Origin: an uncultured Acidobacteriota bacterium
GTDB taxonomy: Bacteria; Acidobacteriota; Thermoanaerobaculia; Gp7-AA8
Direction of reading: 5' to 3'
Assembly (NCBI GenBank): GCA_963741955.1
Contig: CAVUKB010000004.1
Location: 544,001-608,000 of the forward strand
Length of the DNA: 64,000 bases
Position 1 is the first letter of the stretch, and the number at the start of each line of letters is the position of its first letter. The notes beneath the pieces are model-generated. The model made no database searches. It was not told the origin of the DNA and saw only the letters and a list, made by a program, of their open reading frames with translations. Both the position numbers and the translations under genes were made by a program. Below, in pieces: positions 58,524 to 64,000 of this stretch.

Positions 58524-61502
58524 ATGTCGCTCAATTTACGCTTTATCCTCATCCGGTCCTCGGTGGCCGCACTCGTTCTGCTCGTGTCGACCGTGACCTC
58601 GCCTGCAGCCGCGACGGTCGCGGACCGCCCTGCGGAACGTGGATTCCCGATCATGAAGGTCTTTGATCAGCGGGTCCATCGAGGAGGTCCGCAGACGTTC
58701 GACGTCGCGCAGAACCGGCAGGGGATCCTCTACTTCGGAAACCTGGCCGGTCTCCTGAGCTACGACGGCGCCTGGTGGCGGCTGATCAAGCTCCCGCACG
58801 ATGCTTCGGCAGATCAGGTCGAGTCGGACGACTCCGGCCGGATCGCAATCGGCACCGTCGGGGAGCTCGGTTATCTCGAGCCGAATGCCGAAGGCGCGAA
58901 CGTTTTCCGCTCGCTCCTTCCTCTGCTCGCGCCGGCCGACCGCGACTTCGGGGACATGAAGAGTATCCGTTCGACCGGGAACGGATTTCTCTTTCTGACC
59001 GACCGGCTCCTCCTGCATTGGGACGGGCACTCTTCCCTTCGAATCGTCCGGCGATTCGCAGACGACCAGACCACTCCTCACAGGATGTTCATGGTCGGCA
59101 GGACGCCGTGGCTGGTGGGGGATTCGGGGGCCGAGACTCTCGACCTGAAGAATGGAGCGACGAATCCGATCCCGGCTCTGGCAGGGAAGAAGGTCAAGCT
59201 CGTCTTTCCGCAGAGCGGCGGAGGAGTGGTCGTCGCCATCGACGAACAGGGACTCTACTCACTTCGGGACGGCCGGCTGGAGCCTCTTTCATCTTCGCTG
59301 AACGCCTGGTTCTCGGGAAAGGCGATCTCCGGCGGATGCCGTTTGCTCGACGGACGCTACGTGCTCCTCGCCCGTGATCACGGGGTGGTCCTGATACGAG
59401 CGGACGGAACGATCGAGCAGGTGATCGATGAATCGGCAGGTCTGCCGCAATTCGTTCTCTGGAACGCGTTCGCGGATCGCGAAGGAGCGCTGTGGCTCAC
59501 GTTCGACGGTCCGATTGTCCGAATCGATTTTGCCTCGCCGGTGACCATTCTCGACTCGCGGAGAGGGATCAAGGGATCGATCAGCACGGTCAACCGATGG
59601 CGCGACCGGCTCTACATCGGCACCACACGAGGGCTGTTCACCCTTTCGAACGAGAGGAATCAGGAAGAGGCGACGAAGGTCGGCGGTCTTCCTTCGGCCG
59701 CGTGGTGTCTTCTTCCGTTCGATCGCGATCTGGTGATCGGTACGGTCAAGGGCGTCTATATCCTCCGGGACCGGGGCGATCCGCAGCTGGTGCCGGGCAC
59801 CGATCGCTTCGCACTCTATTCGATGGCCCGGTCCACGAGTGATCCTTCTCTGGTGTGGATGGGAACGGACAAGGGACTGTTCGTCCTGCGTCGTCGCCCG
59901 GCCGGTTGGCATTTGGAAGGAGCGGTCGACGGGGTCCGGCCTTACGTCTCCTCGATCGTCGAACGTGACCACGTGCTGTGGCTCGGGACGGTCTACGACG
60001 GACTTCTGCGAGTCGACGATCCACTTTCCGCGAAACCACGGATCACGACTTACGCGAACGGCGAAGAGATCGGAGTCTTCACCATTGGAGGACGTCTCCT
60101 GGTCGTCCGTCCCTCCGGCGAGATCTCCGACATCGATGCGACCAGCCATCTGGTGCCCGATCCGCGGCTCGCCGGGATCTCCCTTCCGGATGACTTCTTC
60201 CTCCTCGCGGAAGACGGAGCGGGGAACATCTGGATCAATTCCACACCGCCGCGCCTGATCCGGAAGCATTCTGACGGGACGTTTTCCAGGGACACCGAGC
60301 CGCTGGTCCAGGTGGATGCGAGCGACATTCAGTTCATGTCCGTCGATTCGGACGGAGTGGTCTGGTTCGGTGGGGACCGCGGCCTTTTCCGCTATCAGCC
60401 CTCGCAGGTTCAGACGCACTTCGCCCAACCCATCCCTCTCGTCCGTCGGGCGGTCACAGGCGACGGGAGGCTGGTCTACGGCGGCGGCGCGACGAGCGCG
60501 CTCGTGCACCTTCCGTTCGCGTTTCGCCGGTTGCGCGTCGAGTTCGCCCCCGCGTCGTACCACCAGGGAATCGAGTACCAGTACCGGCTCGACCCTTCCG
60601 ACACCGATTGGGGCAAGTGGAGCACGGAGCCGTTCGTGGACTTCACGAATCTCTCCGAGGGAACTTACACGCTCCGGATGCGGGCGCGCGACGCCGAGAA
60701 GGTCAGCCCGGAGACGACCTGGTCCTTCGCAGTGGATCCTCCCTGGTACCGACGTCCGTGGGCGATCGCCCTCTGGTTTCTGGTCGTGGTCGGTGCGGTA
60801 GTGATCGTGGTGAGGCTGCGGACGCGCGCACTCTCGCGCGACGCGGAAGAATTGCGCCGGCTGGTCGGCGAACAGACCGAGGAACTGAGCCAGAGGGTCG
60901 AGCAGCTGAGGGAGATCCAGGAGGAACTGGTCGAAAAGAACGCGCAGCTCGAAGAAGCAAACGCGCAACTCGAGCTCCAGTCGCTGGTGGACGAGCTCAC
61001 TGGGGTCAACAACCGCCGGAGCTTCCAGCGCGAGCTGGCCGACGAATGGAACCGCGCCCTTCGAAGAAATGATCCGATCTCGTTGATCCTGATCGACCTC
61101 GATCGGTTCAAGGATCTGAACGACCGGCTGGGACATCAGGCGGGAGACGCCTATCTTCGCGAGCTCGGTGCGCTCCTGATGGCATCCATCCGGAGAGCTG
61201 GCGACGTCGTTGCGCGCTACGGAGGCGAGGAGTTCGTGCTCCTGCTCCCCAGGACCGAAGAAGAACATGCGGTGCGCATCGCCGAAGCACTGCGTTCGAA
61301 GATCGAATCGATGGAGGTTCCCGGTCTCGGAAGGGAATGCCAGGTTACTGCAAGCTGCGGAGTGGCGACAATGAGGCCCGTTCCGGGCGATACGGTCAGC
61401 GAGTTCGTCGGACGGGTCGACCGCGCGCTCTACGCAGCAAAGAGAAGCGGGCGAAATCGCGTCTGCGTCGCCGACGAAGAGGGCGCAAAATCGCTCCTCT
61501 GA
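58524..61502 (+). CDS. Sensor diguanylate cyclase: beta-propeller + Y_Y_Y + TM + coiled coil + GGDEF
   Basis: Signal peptide, propeller blades, EYQYRL...FTNLSEGTY, PPWYR TM, then DELTGVNNRR...RAGD...RYGGEEF. Start approximate. Confidence 0.92.
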   Translation: MSLNLRFILIRSSVAALVLLVSTVTSPAAATVADRPAERGFPIMKVFDQRVHRGGPQTFDVAQNRQGILYFGNLAGLLSYDGAWWRLIKLPHDASADQVESDDSGRIAIGTVGELGYLEPNAEGANVFRSLLPLLAPADRDFGDMKSIRSTGNGFLFLTDRLLLHWDGHSSLRIVRRFADDQTTPHRMFMVGRTPWLVGDSGAETLDLKNGATNPIPALAGKKVKLVFPQSGGGVVVAIDEQGLYSLRDGRLEPLSSSLNAWFSGKAISGGCRLLDGRYVLLARDHGVVLIRADGTIEQVIDESAGLPQFVLWNAFADREGALWLTFDGPIVRIDFASPVTILDSRRGIKGSISTVNRWRDRLYIGTTRGLFTLSNERNQEEATKVGGLPSAAWCLLPFDRDLVIGTVKGVYILRDRGDPQLVPGTDRFALYSMARSTSDPSLVWMGTDKGLFVLRRRPAGWHLEGAVDGVRPYVSSIVERDHVLWLGTVYDGLLRVDDPLSAKPRITTYANGEEIGVFTIGGRLLVVRPSGEISDIDATSHLVPDPRLAGISLPDDFFLLAEDGAGNIWINSTPPRLIRKHSDGTFSRDTEPLVQVDASDIQFMSVDSDGVVWFGGDRGLFRYQPSQVQTHFAQPIPLVRRAVTGDGRLVYGGGATSALVHLPFAFRRLRVEFAPASYHQGIEYQYRLDPSDTDWGKWSTEPFVDFTNLSEGTYTLRMRARDAEKVSPETTWSFAVDPPWYRRPWAIALWFLVVVGAVVIVVRLRTRALSRDAEELRRLVGEQTEELSQRVEQLREIQEELVEKNAQLEEANAQLELQSLVDELTGVNNRRSFQRELADEWNRALRRNDPISLILIDLDRFKDLNDRLGHQAGDAYLRELGALLMASIRRAGDVVARYGGEEFVLLLPRTEEEHAVRIAEALRSKIESMEVPGLGRECQVTASCGVATMRPVPGDTVSEFVGRVDRALYAAKRSGRNRVCVADEEGAKSLL

Positions 61503-61726
61503 TCGTGCATGACGTCGATCGCGCTCACGTTTCCTTCGCCGGCCTCGCGGTGGCTGTCTCCTGACGTCTGCGTGTCCACAGCCACCACACCGGAAGTCCA
61601 CTCAGAAGGATCAGCAGCCCGATTCCGGCATCGCGTGGAGCCTTCGCGACGGCAATCGTGCGATTTGCGGCGAAGGAATGGGATCCCGGACCACGAGCAG
61701 CCCTCGAGTCGAGTGCGACTCGACGC

Positions 61727-62431
61727 TCAGAAGTGCAGCACCACTCCCGATCGGATCACCAGAGAGGACGGATCGTCGCCGAAGATGTGCCCGACTCCGA
61801 GCTTCACCGTGACTCCTTCGATCGGTTCGGAATAGACGGCGGCGAGAGCTTCGTCAGTTGCGCGTTCGCCTCGCATCCCGGTGGCCTCGATCCCGAATGC
61901 GAGACTCCGGTCGATCCTGAGCCGCCACCCGGCAGCGTATCCCGGCACGACCGCGTGGGGATCGCCTCCTCCGTGGGCAGCTATAAGGTTCGCGACGAAC
62001 ATCGACCTATCGAAGTGACGCGACTCGACGAACCGCACCTCGTAACGATCGGGGCCATCCTTCGCAATCTCGGCCTCCGCCGAGACTCCTCCCTTCCAGG
62101 CAGTGAAGCTCCACGGATCGGAGATCTCCCAGTGAACCGCGGGCGCGACCGCCTCGTAGCGGAAGTTCTCACCCTGCTCGCGCGAAGCGTGGACATGGGC
62201 TTCGATCGCGAGACGCTCTTTCATCCCCACCAGAATCGAGGGCTCCAACGCGATCTCGGATCCGGAGTCTCTCTTCAGATATGAGGGCGCCAGGACCAGG
62301 TAAGTCTCACCCGGCTCGGGAAGCTCGAACGACTCGACCAGGAGGAAATCCTTCCCGTGGTGAGCAAATGCTGCGGAGGGAAGAACCATCGCAAGCACGA
62401 GGCCCGGGATGATGAGACGTCTGAGCGACAA
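61727..62431 (-). CDS. Exported hypothetical protein, probable outer-membrane beta-barrel
   Basis: Signal peptide ending AFA, amphipathic beta strands and C-terminal Phe (GVVLHF). Confidence 0.7.
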   Translation of the reverse strand: MSLRRLIIPGLVLAMVLPSAAFAHHGKDFLLVESFELPEPGETYLVLAPSYLKRDSGSEIALEPSILVGMKERLAIEAHVHASREQGENFRYEAVAPAVHWEISDPWSFTAWKGGVSAEAEIAKDGPDRYEVRFVESRHFDRSMFVANLIAAHGGGDPHAVVPGYAAGWRLRIDRSLAFGIEATGMRGERATDEALAAVYSEPIEGVTVKLGVGHIFGDDPSSLVIRSGVVLHF

Positions 62432-62530
62432 ATTGAGCTCTCCTTCGACTGCGTCCTGTCGCGTTGGATGTGGACGATATCAGGAGGTGACAGGGAACTC
62501 GTTCTCCGGAGAGGGACCGCACCGCGAGGC

Positions 62531-63232
62531 TCAATACACGATCTCCATCCGAAGGCCGGCCGTATCGAGAGGAACGACATCAGGAAGGGTTCCGGCAGTC
62601 CCCGTCGCGATCCGTTCCGCAGTCCAGAGGGCGGCGAACGCATCGAGAATGTCCTCGTCGGTCACATCCGAGGCACGGTAGCGGTGGCGAACGAGCTCGA
62701 AGGAGTCGGGACCGAAGTGGGAATCGACCAGGAGCCTTCGCGCATCGCGACCGGCGCGGGTTCGTTTCGGCGGTTCGATCGCCACTCCCCCGTTCCAGGC
62801 CCAGAACGATACTTCCGGATGGACCTCGTGTACCGCCCCCTGCAGCGAGGGACGCTCAATCATGGCCCGGTCGATCTCACGCACCTTGGGGTAGATCGCC
62901 CACGCCTGTCTCGAGATCTGTTTTCCCGTCCGTTCCAGGGTGATCCGGCATGCGGACCCGTACGTTCGAGCCGAGAGTGCAGGGCGGATCGGCGCGGGAA
63001 AGACGCTGCTGGCGCGCGCGCCGAGCACCCTTCGTGCGGCGTGGTCACAGAAGCGGGCCCCGGAGTCGCTCAGTCCGATCGGGACGTCGATTGTCAGCAC
63101 CGATGGACGCGGCCGTTGATCGAGGAGGTCGGCCGCATTGATGAAGACCTGGGGGTGGATCTCGCGCGACTTCATCCTCCTGCGGAGGCAGATCCACCCC
63201 GCGGGACAACCGTCCGTGCCGGCGACGAGCAT
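62531..63232 (-). CDS. DUF429 family protein (predicted RNase H-like nuclease)
   Basis: AGTDGCPAGW, IDVPIGL, SSVFPAP, EVHPEVSF and DILDA motifs. Confidence 0.88.
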   Translation of the reverse strand: MLVAGTDGCPAGWICLRRRMKSREIHPQVFINAADLLDQRPRPSVLTIDVPIGLSDSGARFCDHAARRVLGARASSVFPAPIRPALSARTYGSACRITLERTGKQISRQAWAIYPKVREIDRAMIERPSLQGAVHEVHPEVSFWAWNGGVAIEPPKRTRAGRDARRLLVDSHFGPDSFELVRHRYRASDVTDEDILDAFAALWTAERIATGTAGTLPDVVPLDTAGLRMEIVY

Positions 63233-63434
63233 GGTGCGCTCCCTCCGTGGAGATCATCTCCCTCTGCCATTGTATGCAGAGCAGCACCGCAGGTGCCATT
63301 CGTGCCGGCCACGGCGAGAGCGGCCGCAGCGGAGCCCCGCACCTCGGCGTCCGCAACGTGCAACGAAAGACGAGATCGCGTTGCCCATGACGAACGTCAC
63401 ATCGAAACGCTGTTCCCGCTGCTACCATCCACGC

Positions 63435-64000
63435 ATGCGGCTGATCGAACAGCTGGTCGAAGAGCACGAACGGATCGACCGGACCCTCGGCGCGTTCCGC
63501 ACCTGGGCCGGAGAGCTCGCGGAAGGACGTGCGCCGCGCGAGGATGGGACTCGTTTCATCGCGTTTTTCGAGCTCTACGCGGGGCGTTTTCACCACGAGA
63601 GGGAAGAGGAAGTCCTCTTCACCACCCTCGCATCGAAAGCGGAGGTTCCTCGCGAGCGCGGCCCGATCGCCGTCCTCACCGCCGACCACCGGGATCTCGA
63701 ATCACGTCTGGCGAAGCTGCGCTCACTTCTCCCGATCGAGACGTCGAAGTCGACGGAAACGCTTCGGGACCTCGTCTACGCGTACACCGAAGCGCTGTGG
63801 ACCCACATCGATGCGGAGAATTCGGTTCTGTTTCCCGAGAGTGAGAGCCGTCTTCGCCGCAACGGCGTGCGAGAGCTCGACGGCCGCGCACCGTCGGTAG
63901 AGGAACTGGCTCTCGCCGCTGACGCCGAGGCTCTGGCGGTGCGCTATCCGCCGGGGGAAGATGCCGGTGTGATCCGCGGCGAAGGATGCGTCATGTGCGC
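63435..64000 (+). CDS. Hemerythrin/HHE domain protein (runs off the right edge of the window)
   Basis: Manual translation: MRLIEQLVEEH...FHHEREEEVLF...GPIAVLTADH...HIDAENSVLFPE...RGEGCVMC. Not in the ORF track. Confidence 0.88.
   Translation, partial: MRLIEQLVEEHERIDRTLGAFRTWAGELAEGRAPREDGTRFIAFFELYAGRFHHEREEEVLFTTLASKAEVPRERGPIAVLTADHRDLESRLAKLRSLLPIETSKSTETLRDLVYAYTEALWTHIDAENSVLFPESESRLRRNGVRELDGRAPSVEELALAADAEALAVRYPPGEDAGVIRGEGCVMC

Overview
This is a 64-kb, high-GC bacterial chromosomal window. Gene content and repeat style suggest an Acidobacteriota-like organism, but that is inference only. It is mostly housekeeping and accessory metabolism: mgtE, a partial complex I cluster (nuoB-nuoCD-nuoI) followed by ferritin-like, cysteine desulfurase and def genes, the zapA-6S RNA-rny-ymdB block, zwf-opcA-pgl, fadI with a CoA transferase, a TetR-TolC-MFP-RND efflux operon, and two beta-propeller/Y_Y_Y diguanylate cyclases. 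There is also a secreted subtilase behind a c-di-GMP-I riboswitch. Four intergenic repeat loci stand out: a GAGGATC heptamer array with ordered higher-order spacing, a 9-copy tandem array of a ~193-bp rod-like REPIN-type element, a diverged relative of that element at ~3 kb, and a ~1.3-kb BIME-like REP mosaic. The most novel candidates cluster at 52.6-56.5 kb. They are a 599-aa protein that appears to be a very divergent GlpX (class II FBPase)-fold phosphatase, a convergent enlarged adenosine-deaminase-like protein, and a ~160-nt candidate sRNA with its own promoter, two near-identical 22-nt loops and an intrinsic terminator. Two real CDSs cut by the window edges (a cytochrome c and a hemerythrin) are absent from the ORF track. 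No CRISPR array, rRNA, tRNA, transposase or prophage was recognised.
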